A stretch of DNA of 64,000 nt from Bacillota bacterium (GCA_023460515.1 JAEWPS010000038.1:7409-71408); one strand, 5' to 3'; shown: positions 18,073 to 28,553, counted from the stretch's first letter. Notes: generated by a model not told the origin, from the letters alone. Program-made: numbers and translations.

Positions 18073-19509
18073 TTGCTAAATAATTCGAATTATAACATAA
18101 AATCTAAAAATATCGGGTTGAATAGTATAAAAAAAATTCATATGATAGGTATAGGTGGGGTTAGTATGAGCGCTATAGCTCTTGTACTACACGATGCTGG
18201 ATACACTGTTACTGGATCAGATAAAAATGATTCAGATATGATAAGAATATTAAAAGAAAAAGGAATACAAGTTTTTATAGGTTCTAATGCTGAACTTGTT
18301 AAAAATTCAGATGCTGTCGTATATACTTCAGCAATAAACCAACATGATGTAGAATTTGTTAGAGCTAAATCCTTAAATATACCTACATTTGAAAGAGCAG
18401 TTTTTTTAGGAATGTTACTTGAGGCATATAATAAAACAATTTGTATATCTGGAACACATGGTAAAACTACCACAACTTCAATGACAGCTGCCATATTTAT
18501 AGATGCTGGACTTGAACCAAATGTTCAAGTTGGTGGTAAATTCAAAAAATTAAACGACTTAAATTACTTAATAGGAAATTCAGATTATTTTATACTTGAA
18601 TCTTGTGAATATGTAGATAGTTTTTTAAATTTCCCTCATCAAACAGCCGTTATTTTGAATATTGATGAAGATCATCTAGATTACTTCTCTGGTATTGATG
18701 ACATAAAAAAATCTTTTAAAAAGTTTATATTAATGTTACCTAAAGATGGTATATTAGTTATTAACAAAGATGATTCAAATTGCATTGATGTCTTAACTGA
18801 TATATCAGATGAATTAGATAAAAAGAAAGTTAACACTTATACTTTTTCTTTAAGTGACCCTACTTCTACTATATATGCTAAAAACATATTTTGTAATGTT
18901 AAAGGTTTTTATTCTTTTGATGTTACATGTCCAAAAACAAAGAAAGTTTATGAATTTTATTTAACAGTTCCTGGAATTCATAATGTGTATGATGCATTAG
19001 CTTCAATTACTGCTGCATATGCACACGGTGTTGATTTCAGTGTAATGCAGAAAAGTTTAAATGAGTTTTGTGGTGCAAAAAGAAGATTTGAACTAAAAAA
19101 AGAATTGAAAGATAATATATTAGTTTATGATGATTATGCTCATCATCCTACAGAAATAAAAGCTACACTAGCTGCTGCAAAACAAAAGAATAAATCAAGA
19201 GTAATTGCAATATTCCAACCACATACATATACAAGAACAAAAGAACTTCTAGACGACTTCTCTACTTCATTCTTTGATTGTAACCTTTGTATAATAACTG
19301 ATATATATGCAGCAAGAGAAATTGATGACGGAACAGTCTCATCTAAAGATTTAGTTAAATTACTTAAACAAAATAAAGTAGATGCAATACATATATCTAG
19401 TTTTGAAGATATTGTAAAACATTTAAAAGAAATACTAAAACCTGGAGATATAGTTCTTACAATAGGTGCTGGTGATATAACAAAGCTTAGTGATATGATA
19501 GATTTATAG
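18073..19509 (+). CDS. murC: UDP-N-acetylmuramate--L-alanine ligase
   Basis: 478 aa with a TTG start after AAGGATG. Motifs IHMIGIGGVSMSAIA and GTHGKTTTTSM, plus Mur ligase middle and C-terminal domains. Confidence 0.9.
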   Translation: MLNNSNYNIKSKNIGLNSIKKIHMIGIGGVSMSAIALVLHDAGYTVTGSDKNDSDMIRILKEKGIQVFIGSNAELVKNSDAVVYTSAINQHDVEFVRAKSLNIPTFERAVFLGMLLEAYNKTICISGTHGKTTTTSMTAAIFIDAGLEPNVQVGGKFKKLNDLNYLIGNSDYFILESCEYVDSFLNFPHQTAVILNIDEDHLDYFSGIDDIKKSFKKFILMLPKDGILVINKDDSNCIDVLTDISDELDKKKVNTYTFSLSDPTSTIYAKNIFCNVKGFYSFDVTCPKTKKVYEFYLTVPGIHNVYDALASITAAYAHGVDFSVMQKSLNEFCGAKRRFELKKELKDNILVYDDYAHHPTEIKATLAAAKQKNKSRVIAIFQPHTYTRTKELLDDFSTSFFDCNLCIITDIYAAREIDDGTVSSKDLVKLLKQNKVDAIHISSFEDIVKHLKEILKPGDIVLTIGAGDITKLSDMIDL

Positions 19510-19548
19510 TAAATAATAATTATATATATTAAAAATAAAAACGCATAT

Positions 19549-20046
19549 TTATGCGTTTTTATTTTTCACATCATTTTTAAGTTTTTCAAATTCTAATGGA
19601 TAATCCACATAATATTTTGGACACTTTTTACACGTAACATCATAATGCCTTATAATATCTTGGGTAGGATCTAAATCATACTTATTAGATAAATATGATA
19701 GTAACTCCACTAGTGAATTATATGTGTATGTATTAAATTTTCCTGTATCATCTAAATATGTATTTTCAATACCTATACTAATTCTATTAACTTCTTTATT
19801 ACCACTATGAAGAGCAACTTCATCTTCCGGTATAATTCTAATTATCTCACCATCTAAACCAATTATATAATGTGCAGATAAATATATCTTGTCTTGATAC
19901 TTTAAACTTTCAAAATAATTTCTATTTAATATAGCATTTGAAGATGGACTATTTACATAGTGGACTATTAATTTTTTTATCTGCTTTAATTTAATTCCCG
20001 GTCTTGACATTGGATTAATTGAAAGCAACTTTTCTTCTATATACAT
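19549..20046 (-). CDS. N-acetylmuramoyl-L-alanine amidase (amidase_2/PGRP fold), catalytic domain only
   Basis: 165 aa with IVHYVNSP, SAHYIIGLDGEI, ISIGIEN and RHYDVTCKKCPKYY (His/His/Cys zinc ligand pattern of T7-lysozyme-like amidases). No signal peptide or wall-binding repeats. Confidence 0.75.
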   Translation of the reverse strand: MYIEEKLLSINPMSRPGIKLKQIKKLIVHYVNSPSSNAILNRNYFESLKYQDKIYLSAHYIIGLDGEIIRIIPEDEVALHSGNKEVNRISIGIENTYLDDTGKFNTYTYNSLVELLSYLSNKYDLDPTQDIIRHYDVTCKKCPKYYVDYPLEFEKLKNDVKNKNA

Positions 20047-20123
20047 TACTTATATCACTCCCCTATTAAAATAATATGCTTAAATTTATATTTTAATACT
20101 AAGTGTAAAATATAGTGTTTTAC

Positions 20124-20152
20124 TTGACTTATCCTCCTTTTTAATATATAAT
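20124..20152 (+). promoter_or_regulatory. promoter for ychF (TTGACT-N17-TATAAT)
   Basis: TTGACT at 20124..20129 and TATAAT at 20147..20152. Confidence 0.55.
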
Positions 20153-20181
20153 TATATGTAAAAATAAAGGATGTGTTTAAT

Positions 20182-21276
20182 TTGAAATTAGGAATAGTTG
20201 GGCTTCCAAATGTAGGTAAAAGTACTCTTTTTAATGCAATAACAAAGGTAGGAGCAGAAAGTGCTAATTACCCATTTTGTACAATAGAACCAAACGTAGG
20301 TATTGTTACAGTACCTGATACAAGAATTGATGTTTTATCTAAAATGTATGATACAGATAAAACTACATATGCTACAGTTGAATTTGTAGATATTGCCGGT
20401 TTAGTAAAAGGAGCTTCTAAAGGTGAAGGTCTTGGTAATAAATTTTTATCTCATATACGTGAAACAGATGCAATTGTTCATATAGTTAGATGTTTTGAAG
20501 ATGAAAAAATAATACATGTAGAAGGTAAAATTGACCCATTAGATGATATTGAAACAATTTCTTTAGAACTTATATTAAGTGATACTGAAACTGTTAAAAC
20601 AAGAATTGAAAGATTATCTAAATCAGTAAAAGCTGGGGATAAAAAAGCTATAGCAGAGTTAGATATATTAAATAATATCTTATCTTGTCTATCTGACTTA
20701 AAACCTGTCAGAAGTATTAGTTTTAGTGAAGTAGAAAAAGATTTATTAAAAGATACTTACTTGCTTACAAACAAACCAATTATATACGTTGCCAATGTTT
20801 CTGAAGATCAATTAGTAAATATAGAAAATGATAAGTATGTTAATATTGTGAAAGAATTTGCAAAAAATGAAAATAGTGAAGTTATTTCACTTTGTGCTAA
20901 ATTTGAAGAAGATTTATCTGAGCTTGATAATGACGATAAAATAATGCTTATGGATGAATATGGCATAAAAGAATCTGGACTTGACAAATTAGTTAAAGCA
21001 AGTTATTCTTTACTTGGACTTATATCTTTTTTAACTGCTGGTAAACAAGAAGTAAGAGCTTGGACTATAATAAGAGGTACTAAAGCTCCACAAGCTGCAG
21101 GTAAAATCCACACAGACTTTGAACGTGGATTTATTAAAGCTGAAGTTGTTTCATATAATGATTTAATTGAAAATGGAACTATGCTTAAGGCTAAAGAAAA
21201 AGGATTAGTTAGATTAGAAGGAAAAGAGTATATTATGCAAGATGGAGATATTGTTCTATTCAGATTCAATGTGTAA
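20182..21276 (+). CDS. ychF: redox-regulated ATPase YchF
   Basis: ORF track starts at GTG 20173, but AAAGGA at 20166..20171 is better spaced for TTG 20182 (MKLGIVGLPNVGKSTLFN). TGS-like C-terminus GFIKAEV... Confidence 0.9.
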   Translation: MKLGIVGLPNVGKSTLFNAITKVGAESANYPFCTIEPNVGIVTVPDTRIDVLSKMYDTDKTTYATVEFVDIAGLVKGASKGEGLGNKFLSHIRETDAIVHIVRCFEDEKIIHVEGKIDPLDDIETISLELILSDTETVKTRIERLSKSVKAGDKKAIAELDILNNILSCLSDLKPVRSISFSEVEKDLLKDTYLLTNKPIIYVANVSEDQLVNIENDKYVNIVKEFAKNENSEVISLCAKFEEDLSELDNDDKIMLMDEYGIKESGLDKLVKASYSLLGLISFLTAGKQEVRAWTIIRGTKAPQAAGKIHTDFERGFIKAEVVSYNDLIENGTMLKAKEKGLVRLEGKEYIMQDGDIVLFRFNV

Positions 21277-21304
21277 TTTACATAAGAATTTAACATAAAA
21301 AAAG

Positions 21305-21329
21305 GTGCAAAAAAAAATTGCACTTTTTT
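21305..21329 (+). terminator. terminator of ychF
   Basis: Stem GTGCAA-A7-TTGCAC followed by TTTTTT. Confidence 0.65.
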
Positions 21330-21350
21330 CTATTTTTTTTGTAAAAAGTA

Positions 21351-21379
21351 TTGACTTTTATACTAAAATTAGTTATAAT
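21351..21379 (+). promoter_or_regulatory. promoter of the two-tRNA operon (TTGACT-N17-TATAAT)
   Basis: TTGACT at 21351..21356 and TATAAT at 21374..21379, 20 nt before the first tRNA. Confidence 0.65.
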
Positions 21380-21399
21380 ATTATTGTTCCACAAAACGT

Positions 21400-21476
21400 G
21401 GGCCTTTAGCTCAGTTGGTTAGAGCAACCGGCTCATAACCGGTTGGTCCGGAGTTCGAGTCTCTGAAGGCCCACCA
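21400..21476 (+). tRNA. tRNA with CAT anticodon (Met-type; sequence resembles lysidine-dependent tRNA-Ile2)
   Basis: GGGCCTTTAGCTCAGTTGGTTAGAGCAACCGGCTCATAACCGGTTGGTCCGGAGTTCGAGTCTCTGAAGGCCCACCA. Clean cloverleaf with anticodon loop CTCATAA. The acceptor and D-arm resemble Bacillus tRNA-Ile(CAU) as I recall it. Identity (Met vs Ile2) not resolved. Confidence 0.88.
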
Positions 21477-21489
21477 TTTTTTTATATAC

Positions 21490-21575
21490 GGGAAGATGTC
21501 CGAGTGGTTAAAGGAGGCAGACTGTAAATCTGTTAGCTTACGCTTACAATGGTTCGAATCCATTTCTTCCCACCA
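21490..21575 (+). tRNA. tRNA-Tyr (anticodon GTA)
   Basis: GGGAAGATGTCCGAGTGGTTAAAGGAGGCAGACTGTAAATCTGTTAGCTTACGCTTACAATGGTTCGAATCCATTTCTTCCCACCA. Long variable arm and anticodon loop CTGTAAA. Confidence 0.9.
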
Positions 21576-21588
21576 TATAGAAAAATTC

Positions 21589-21618
21589 CACATAACTTTA
21601 TAAGTTATGTGTTTTTTT
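21589..21618 (+). terminator. terminator of the tRNA operon
   Basis: Stem CACATAACTT/AAGTTATGTG followed by TTTTTTT. Confidence 0.7.
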
Positions 21619-21687
21619 ATTTCTATTTTACATTCAATAAATATTTAAAAAGTGTAAGTTTAATTAAAAACCCACACTCTTATATAA

Positions 21688-22398
21688 TTAATATAAATAT
21701 TTTTCATTTAGTATCTTCTTCTTATCTTTCCAATCTGGCATTAAATCAGATAAATAACTATAAAAAATTTTATTGTGTCCTGATACTAAAAAATGTATTA
21801 ATTCATGTAGCATAACATAATTCAAACAATCTTTTGAAAATTTTGCAAGTTCATAATTTATTGTTACTATATTTTTACTTTTATTACATGAACCCCATCT
21901 TGATCTCATTTTACGTATTTTGAGCTTTGGCCTACTAACAGAATACGGCTTTACTAATTCTAACATTTCATTTAAAGAATTGTCAAAAAGTTGTATTGCC
22001 ACACTTTTAAGTAACTTATCTATTATTTTTTTCTTTCTATTTTTATCAGATATATCGGTTGTAAACAAATAAATAAAATTATCTTGAATTATAGCTCTAT
22101 TCTTTTTATCAGTAGCAAGTATAATTTTATATTCATTATCTTGTATTTTTAATTTACTACCAGTTATATACTCTATATCCTCTTCGTTATTCTTTATATA
22201 ATCATCAATTTTATTAAGTCCTTCAATAATCCAAGCTTTCTTAGATTTTACGAACTCCTCAATCTTATTAATTTTAATTCTATTATTTACAGACACCTTT
22301 ACAGTTTTATCTCTGCCTATTTTTAAGTTAATATTTTTAACTTTTTTCCTTTGTATTACTATATTAATACCATCAACATAAATTATTTCTTTATTCAT
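21688..22398 (-). CDS. YgjP-like (DUF45) M48-family zinc metallopeptidase
   Basis: 236 aa with a C-terminal HELIHFLVSGHNKIF (HExxH) in the DUF45 context WGSC....I..N. Confidence 0.75.
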   Translation of the reverse strand: MNKEIIYVDGINIVIQRKKVKNINLKIGRDKTVKVSVNNRIKINKIEEFVKSKKAWIIEGLNKIDDYIKNNEEDIEYITGSKLKIQDNEYKIILATDKKNRAIIQDNFIYLFTTDISDKNRKKKIIDKLLKSVAIQLFDNSLNEMLELVKPYSVSRPKLKIRKMRSRWGSCNKSKNIVTINYELAKFSKDCLNYVMLHELIHFLVSGHNKIFYSYLSDLMPDWKDKKKILNEKYLY

Positions 22399-22523
22399 CT
22401 TTCCCCCTTATTTTTCTTTGTTTTTATTAATTATTACAAATTATATCTTTTTTGTACATAAATGTCAAGCATTTTGGGTAAAAAAAATCGCAATATACAA
22501 ATTTTGTAAATATTGCGAAAGTT

Positions 22524-22597
22524 TGGCACGGGCAGAGAGACTCGAACTCCCATGAGCAGTTTTGGAGACTGCCATGCTACCATTGCATCATGCCCGT
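22524..22597 (-). tRNA. tRNA-Trp (anticodon CCA)
   Basis: Reverse complement ACGGGCATGATGCAATGGTAGCATGGCAGTCTCCAAAACTGCTCATGGGAGTTCGAGTCTCTCTGCCCGTGCCA. Anticodon loop CTCCAAA. Confidence 0.88.
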
Positions 22598-22691
22598 TTA
22601 TTTTAAGTAGCGTATATATTTTAACATGTTTTATATATTTTTTCAATAGTTTTAATAAAAGTTACTAAAATAATAGTAACTTTTATTAAAA

Positions 22692-23393
22692 CTATAATTT
22701 AACTACATTAAAATTTGTATAATCACAAGAGACCATAATGTATTCAACACCGTTTATTATTCCTTCTTTTATCTTACTATGACCATATCCGTGTAAATGT
22801 CCATATACGCATTTTTTTACTTTATATTCTTCTAATATTTTTTGAAACTCTAAATTAAATGGTGGGAAATGCATAGCCACTAATATGTTTTTTTCTATCC
22901 CTTTTTCTAAGTATTTTTGCCTTAATTTATTTCCTTCATCTAAAGACAATCTAAGTCTTATTGCTTCTCTTTTTATTAGCTTATCGTCCTCTTTTTGATT
23001 ATTTTCTGTATCTCCCCAACCTCTCGCACCGCAGATTATATATTCTTCAGTATCTATGGCGTTATTTTGTAGTATATGTATATTACTTATATTAGTTTCT
23101 TTAAAAAAGCTTTCTAACTTACTCTTAGTATCAAAATAATAATCATGATTTCCTTTAAGTATTATTTTATTTCCTGGCAAACTATTTATATAGTCAAAAT
23201 CCCCTTTTGCTTCAGATAAATATGTAGCCCAAGATATATCTCCTGCAATTATAACAAAATCATCTGGTTTAACTTCATTTTTCCAATTTAATTTTATCTT
23301 ATCCTCATAATTACACCATACTTTTCCAAATATATTCATCGGCTTATTTGTTCCAAATGATAAATGTAAATCGGATATTCCAAACACTGACAT
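22692..23393 (-). CDS. calcineurin-like metallophosphoesterase
   Basis: 233 aa with the motifs ISDLHL, AGDIS, GNHDY and GHLHG. Confidence 0.8.
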   Translation of the reverse strand: MSVFGISDLHLSFGTNKPMNIFGKVWCNYEDKIKLNWKNEVKPDDFVIIAGDISWATYLSEAKGDFDYINSLPGNKIILKGNHDYYFDTKSKLESFFKETNISNIHILQNNAIDTEEYIICGARGWGDTENNQKEDDKLIKREAIRLRLSLDEGNKLRQKYLEKGIEKNILVAMHFPPFNLEFQKILEEYKVKKCVYGHLHGYGHSKIKEGIINGVEYIMVSCDYTNFNVVKL

Positions 23394-23429
23394 TATTTGT
23401 CCCCCTATTTAAAAATTATGTTTTATTTA

Positions 23430-23861
23430 TTATCTATTATTTTTTAAATTTATTGCTCTTTTAATGTCTTCTATAACTTTACTATCGTCTACGCCTATCA
23501 TAAGCCATTTACAACCATTCATAGATCCACTATTTTTTATTATATCTAAAAAATATTTTGAGTAGACATCTTTTTGCTGCATTATTTTATTTATTTCTAA
23601 TTCACGTATTATCAAAAGAATAGTAAAATATTCTCTATCAGGATAAATTGTACAAAATGATTTACTCCCTTTTTTATACTTTATATTCCATCCCGGCATA
23701 GCAGAGCATTTACTATACATAACCACTGGAGTAGCATTATACTCTTCAGTTAAAAAATTAGCTATTTTAATACAATTTTCTCTTGTGTAATTATTCATAT
23801 AATCGAGTATTTGTTTTAAGCTAGGCTCTACAAATTGATTTTTAATTATATCCTCAGACAT
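23430..23861 (-). CDS. DUF3788 domain protein
   Basis: 143 aa. The pattern ...GWNIKYKKGSKSFCTIYPDREYFTILLII... is typical of DUF3788. Confidence 0.6.
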   Translation of the reverse strand: MSEDIIKNQFVEPSLKQILDYMNNYTRENCIKIANFLTEEYNATPVVMYSKCSAMPGWNIKYKKGSKSFCTIYPDREYFTILLIIRELEINKIMQQKDVYSKYFLDIIKNSGSMNGCKWLMIGVDDSKVIEDIKRAINLKNNR

Positions 23862-23886
23862 ATTATTTCTCCTCTTTTACTATAAA

Positions 23887-24906
23887 TTACTTGTTATTTT
23901 CACCTATTTTCAAATTTGCTTTTGCATTTAAATCAAGATTGTTTAGTATACTAAATTTAGATTTATCTTCCGTACATATATAATTATAATATGCAGCACT
24001 AGCTATCATTGCTGCATTATCTGTACAATATTTTAATTCTGGTATATAAGCTTTAAAATTATTTTTATTTGCCTCTTTAACTAAATATTCTCTTAAATAT
24101 TTATTAGCAGCAACTCCTCCTGCAAGCACAACAGTATCAATATTAAAATCTTTCATTGCGCTTAATGTATGTTCTACTAATGTTTCTACCACATTAACCT
24201 CAAAACTTTTTGCCATATCTGCTTTTCTTATATTTTCTTCCTCTTTATGTACTAAATTTATAACTGCTGTTTTAATTCCACTAAAACTAAAATCATAGTT
24301 CTCAAACTTTGTTTTAGGTAACTTATATGTAGCCTCTCCATTTTCTGCTAACTTTGAAACTTCAGGTCCACCTGGATATGGAAGTCCTAATGTTCTTGCT
24401 ACTTTATCAAAAGCCTCTCCAACTGCGTCATCTCTTGTTTTAGCGATTATTTCTAGTTTAGTGTAATCTTTTACATATATTAGATGTGAATGTCCACCTG
24501 ACACAACTAGAGCTAAAAAAGGTGGTTTTAAATCTGGATGTGAAATATAATTTGCAGCTATATGTCCCTCAATATGATGGACAGGCACTATTGGTAAATT
24601 CAAAGAATATGCTAAAGATTTAGCATATGATACTCCAACAAGTAATGCACCTACTAATCCAGGTCCATACGTTACCCCTATATATTCTAAATCTTTAAAT
24701 GTAACGTTTGCCTCATTTAATGATTCTTCTACAACATAAGAAATATTAGACACATGATGTCTTGAAGCAATTTCCGGAACTACTCCGCCATATTGTTTAT
24801 GTATTTCTATTTGAGATGAAACAATATTCGAAAGAATTTCTCTTCCATCCTTTATCACTGATACTGATGTTTCATCACAACTTGATTCTATAACTAATCC
24901 TATCAT
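23887..24906 (-). CDS. tsaD: tRNA N6-adenosine threonylcarbamoyltransferase TsaD
   Basis: 339 aa, MIGLVIESSCDETSVSV..., HHIEGHI, VSGGHSH, GGVAAN. Confidence 0.93.
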   Translation of the reverse strand: MIGLVIESSCDETSVSVIKDGREILSNIVSSQIEIHKQYGGVVPEIASRHHVSNISYVVEESLNEANVTFKDLEYIGVTYGPGLVGALLVGVSYAKSLAYSLNLPIVPVHHIEGHIAANYISHPDLKPPFLALVVSGGHSHLIYVKDYTKLEIIAKTRDDAVGEAFDKVARTLGLPYPGGPEVSKLAENGEATYKLPKTKFENYDFSFSGIKTAVINLVHKEEENIRKADMAKSFEVNVVETLVEHTLSAMKDFNIDTVVLAGGVAANKYLREYLVKEANKNNFKAYIPELKYCTDNAAMIASAAYYNYICTEDKSKFSILNNLDLNAKANLKIGENNK

Positions 24907-24918
24907 AAGTTTTCCTTT

Positions 24919-25563
24919 CTAAAGATTCAATATTATATTAAGTAAATATGTTATTCCATTTATAAACGGATTCATAATATAATTGAAAACTCCAGTTACA
25001 AGTAATATTATAATTATATAAAATGAGTATTGTTCCATACTATATATGATTTTTTTTGCTTTATATGGTAAAAAATGTAATAACACTTTCGAACCATCTA
25101 ATGGCGGAATTGGTAACATATTAAATACCGCAAATACGACATTATATTGAATAAACAACATAAACATAGTTAGTACAATTGAACCAATATTATTTGCTGA
25201 AACTGCATCTAATATATTTGCCATAGATAATAACTTAAGTATTATAGTAGATATAACAGCTAAAAACAAATTAGATAATGGTCCTGCTAAAGAAACTAGC
25301 ATATTATCTCTACTCTTATTTTTAAAGTTACTATCATCTACATAAACAGGTTTTCCCCAACCAAAGTTAAAGACCATTATAGATATAAAACCAATTATAT
25401 CCATATGTACTAGAGGATCAAGAGTCATCCTTCCTTGCAATTTTTGTGATCTATCTCCTAGTTTATACGCAACATATGAATGTGAACATTCATGAACAGC
25501 TATAGCTAGCAAGATTATTGGTGCTAAATATAACTTTAAAATTAGACTGTCTCCAAATAACAT
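24919..25563 (-). CDS. site-2 protease (M50) family membrane metalloprotease
   Basis: 214 aa, polytopic, with HECSHSYVAYKLGD (HExxH) and a downstream LPIPPLDGSKV motif. Confidence 0.8.
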   Translation of the reverse strand: MLFGDSLILKLYLAPIILLAIAVHECSHSYVAYKLGDRSQKLQGRMTLDPLVHMDIIGFISIMVFNFGWGKPVYVDDSNFKNKSRDNMLVSLAGPLSNLFLAVISTIILKLLSMANILDAVSANNIGSIVLTMFMLFIQYNVVFAVFNMLPIPPLDGSKVLLHFLPYKAKKIIYSMEQYSFYIIIILLVTGVFNYIMNPFINGITYLLNIILNL

Positions 25564-25742
25564 AAAATTTCTCCTTTTAATTTTTACTTATAAATTATAT
25601 CATATATTAGGTTAAATATCAAAGGTTTTTAATATTTTAATTGTATTGATTAAAATATATTCTAAACAGAAATAACTTTTCTTTTTCATTATGTAATTAA
25701 AAATAAAATAACAAGATATATTTTATACCTTGCTATTTAAAA

Positions 25743-26816
25743 CTATATTATTTTTCCTCCACCTAAAACACAGTCATCTATATAAAATACTATAGATTGT
25801 CCTGGTGTTACGGCCCTTTGCTTATTTTCAAATACAATTTTAGCTGTGTTATCTGTTAAGGGATATAACTTTGCTTTCTCCTCCTTAGCGGAGTAACGTA
25901 TTTTAGCTGTTATATCTAAAGGTTTATCTATAATATCAAATAAAAGATAATTTATATCTTCTACCAAAACTTCAGTAGAATAAATATCTTTTTCTTCGCC
26001 CACTATTACATTGTTATTTTTTTTATCTAATTTAACAACATATAATGGTGTACTCTTGGATAATCCCAAACCTTTTCTCTGACCTATCGTATAATTAATT
26101 ATACCTTTATGTCTTGTTAGAATCTTACCATTTGTATCAACTATATTACCTTCTTTTATTTCATCATTCATATTTTCTTTTAAAAATTTAACATAATCAT
26201 TATCCGGTATAAAACAGATTTCTTGACTATCTGGTTTTTTGGCAATAAGTAAATTATGTTGCTCTGCAATTTTCCTAACATCACTTTTTTCTTTAAAACT
26301 ACCAAGCGGAAATAATACTTTATCTACTATTTCTTTTGGTATGTTATATAGTGCATACGTTTGATCTTTTTTTAAAGCTTCGGATTTTTTAAGGACATGC
26401 TTGTTATACTTTTCACTATATTCAGTTTTAGCATAATGGCCTGTTGCAATATAATCTATTCCTAATTGCTTTGCTTTTTTATACATTATATCAAATTTAA
26501 GGTATCTATTACATTCTATACAAGGATTAGGTGTTTTACCAACTTTATATTTATTTATAAAATCATCTATAACATGCTGTTTAAATTCGTCCATAAAATT
26601 AAATACATAATGTGGTATACCTAATAAGTCACATACCCTCTTAGCATCATATGTTGAACTTAAACTACAACATCCACTATTACATTCTGGTTCTTCATCA
26701 TTTTGCCATAGTTTCATTGTTGCTCCAATTACATCATAACCTTGCTCTTTAAGCAGAATAGCAGCGACGCTGCTATCTACGCCACCACTCATTCCTAATA
26801 AAACTTTAGGTTTCAT
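25743..26816 (-). CDS. mnmA: tRNA 2-thiouridine(34) synthase MnmA
   Basis: 357 aa. PP-loop GMSGGVDSSVAA and a catalytic Cys context (NPCIECN). Confidence 0.93.
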   Translation of the reverse strand: MKPKVLLGMSGGVDSSVAAILLKEQGYDVIGATMKLWQNDEEPECNSGCCSLSSTYDAKRVCDLLGIPHYVFNFMDEFKQHVIDDFINKYKVGKTPNPCIECNRYLKFDIMYKKAKQLGIDYIATGHYAKTEYSEKYNKHVLKKSEALKKDQTYALYNIPKEIVDKVLFPLGSFKEKSDVRKIAEQHNLLIAKKPDSQEICFIPDNDYVKFLKENMNDEIKEGNIVDTNGKILTRHKGIINYTIGQRKGLGLSKSTPLYVVKLDKKNNNVIVGEEKDIYSTEVLVEDINYLLFDIIDKPLDITAKIRYSAKEEKAKLYPLTDNTAKIVFENKQRAVTPGQSIVFYIDDCVLGGGKII

Positions 26817-26818
26817 AA

Positions 26819-27265
26819 TTATTCTTGTCCTATATCATGACTATGTACGCATACAGTATTTTTTAAGCTACATACTTTGTCAATTTCTTCTTTACTCATA
26901 CCTTTTTTAGTATAATAATCTGCTATTGCGGCTTTGATAGCTTCTTCAGCTAAAACTGAACAATGCATTTTAGCAGGTGGTAATCCATCTAATTCATCAA
27001 CAACTCTTTTATTAGTTATATCCAATGCTTCTTCAATTGTTTTGCCTTTAACTAATTCTGTAGATATACTACTTGTAGCTATTGCTGCTCCACAACCAAA
27101 TGTTTTGAATTTTACGTCCACTATAACATTATCTTTTATTTTTAAATATATTTTCATGATATCTCCACATACTGGATTACCAACTTTTCCTACTCCATCA
27201 GCACCCACGATTTGTCCAACGTTTCTTGGGTGTTCATAATGGTCCATTACTTTTTTTGAATACAT
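26819..27265 (-). CDS. nifU: Fe-S cluster assembly scaffold NifU/IscU
   Basis: 148 aa with GNPVCGD, FGCGAAIA and HCSVLAEEA. Confidence 0.9.
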   Translation of the reverse strand: MYSKKVMDHYEHPRNVGQIVGADGVGKVGNPVCGDIMKIYLKIKDNVIVDVKFKTFGCGAAIATSSISTELVKGKTIEEALDITNKRVVDELDGLPPAKMHCSVLAEEAIKAAIADYYTKKGMSKEEIDKVCSLKNTVCVHSHDIGQE

Positions 27266-27285
27266 TCTTTCTTTCCTCCTATTAT

Positions 27286-28470
27286 TTACATAGTATATGT
27301 TCCGTCTACGAAATCTTCGTAAAGCGGTGACATTTCTCTAAGTCTATTTACTATTTCTTCTAATTCACTAATTAATTCAATTACATCTTCTTTAGTATTT
27401 TCTATACCAAAAGTTACTCTAAGTGAACCATGTGCTACTTCATGTATTAAACCAATAGCAAGTAATACATGAGACGGATCTAAACTACCAGATGTACATG
27501 CACTACCACTAGATGCGCATATTCCTTTTATGTCTAAGTTAAGTAACAAAGATTCTCCTTCTATAAATTTAAATGATATGTTAGCGTTACCTGGAAGACG
27601 TTTTTCTCTATGACCATTTAATTTAACATATGGTATTTTTGCCTCTATTTCAGATATATATAAGTCTCTTAATTCTTTCAAGTGTCTATTGTTTTCTTCT
27701 AATTTTTCACAAGCCATTTCTATTGCTTTTGAAAGTCCTACAATACCTGCTACATTTTCAGTTCCAGCTCTTTTATTTCTTTCTTGATGTCCACCATCTA
27801 TGAATTTATTAAATCTTACTGTTTTTCTAACATATAAAGCTCCTACACCTTTTGGTCCATAGAATTTATGTGCAGATAAAGATAATAAATCTATATTTAA
27901 TTTGTTTACATCTATATCTATATTTCCAACTGCTTGTACTGCATCTGTATGAAAGTATATCTTATGTTGCTTTGCTATTTTACCTATTTCTTCAATAGGT
28001 TGAATAGTACCAATTTCATTATTTGCAAACATTATAGTTATTAATATAGTTTTATCTGTTATAGCATTTTTTAGTTCTTCTAAATCTACTAGTCCTTCAG
28101 AATCTACATTTAAATATGTTACTTCAAAACCATCTTTTTCTAATGATTTACAAGTATCTAAAACTGCCGGATGTTCTATTTTAGTTGTTATTATATGATT
28201 ACCTTTTTTTCTATTAGCATATGCTACACCTTTTATAGCTGTGTTGTCTGACTCACTACCACTTCCAGTAAAGTATATTTCTTTAGCATCTGCATTAAAT
28301 ACTTTTGCAACCTTTTCTCTTGCGTCTTCTATTGCTTTTTTATTACTTCTACCTAAGCTATATATTGATGATGGATTACCATATTCCTCAGTTAAATAAG
28401 GAAGCATTTCTTTTAATACATCTTCGTTTAATTTAGTTGTTGCTGCATGATCAAAATATTTTATTTTCAT
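27286..28470 (-). CDS. nifS: cysteine desulfurase NifS/IscS
   Basis: ORF extends to 28491. Start moved to ATG 28470 (MKIKYFDHAATT) after AAAGGAGGAA. PLP Lys context SAHKFYGPKG and active-site SSGSACTS. Confidence 0.9.
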   Translation of the reverse strand: MKIKYFDHAATTKLNEDVLKEMLPYLTEEYGNPSSIYSLGRSNKKAIEDAREKVAKVFNADAKEIYFTGSGSESDNTAIKGVAYANRKKGNHIITTKIEHPAVLDTCKSLEKDGFEVTYLNVDSEGLVDLEELKNAITDKTILITIMFANNEIGTIQPIEEIGKIAKQHKIYFHTDAVQAVGNIDIDVNKLNIDLLSLSAHKFYGPKGVGALYVRKTVRFNKFIDGGHQERNKRAGTENVAGIVGLSKAIEMACEKLEENNRHLKELRDLYISEIEAKIPYVKLNGHREKRLPGNANISFKFIEGESLLLNLDIKGICASSGSACTSGSLDPSHVLLAIGLIHEVAHGSLRVTFGIENTKEDVIELISELEEIVNRLREMSPLYEDFVDGTYTM

Positions 28471-28553
28471 TATTCCTCCTTTTGTTAGCATACGCTAACA
28501 TTGTTTCAAAAATATATGAGACAGAATACCCATCCCAATATTAATATGTATTT

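Noticed and set aside
19549-20046. Amidase_2 gene as a possible prophage endolysin remnant
   Set aside because: No holin, tail, capsid, integrase or other phage-like genes lie nearby. The flanks are murC and ychF. Treated as a chromosomal autolysin-type gene.
21411-21593. 60-aa minus-strand ORF in the ORF track
   Set aside because: It lies entirely across the CAT-anticodon tRNA and tRNA-Tyr genes on the opposite strand and has no SD. Spurious.
22434-22646. 70-aa minus-strand ORF
   Set aside because: It overlaps tRNA-Trp (22524..22597), and its translation is the tRNA sequence read as protein. Spurious.
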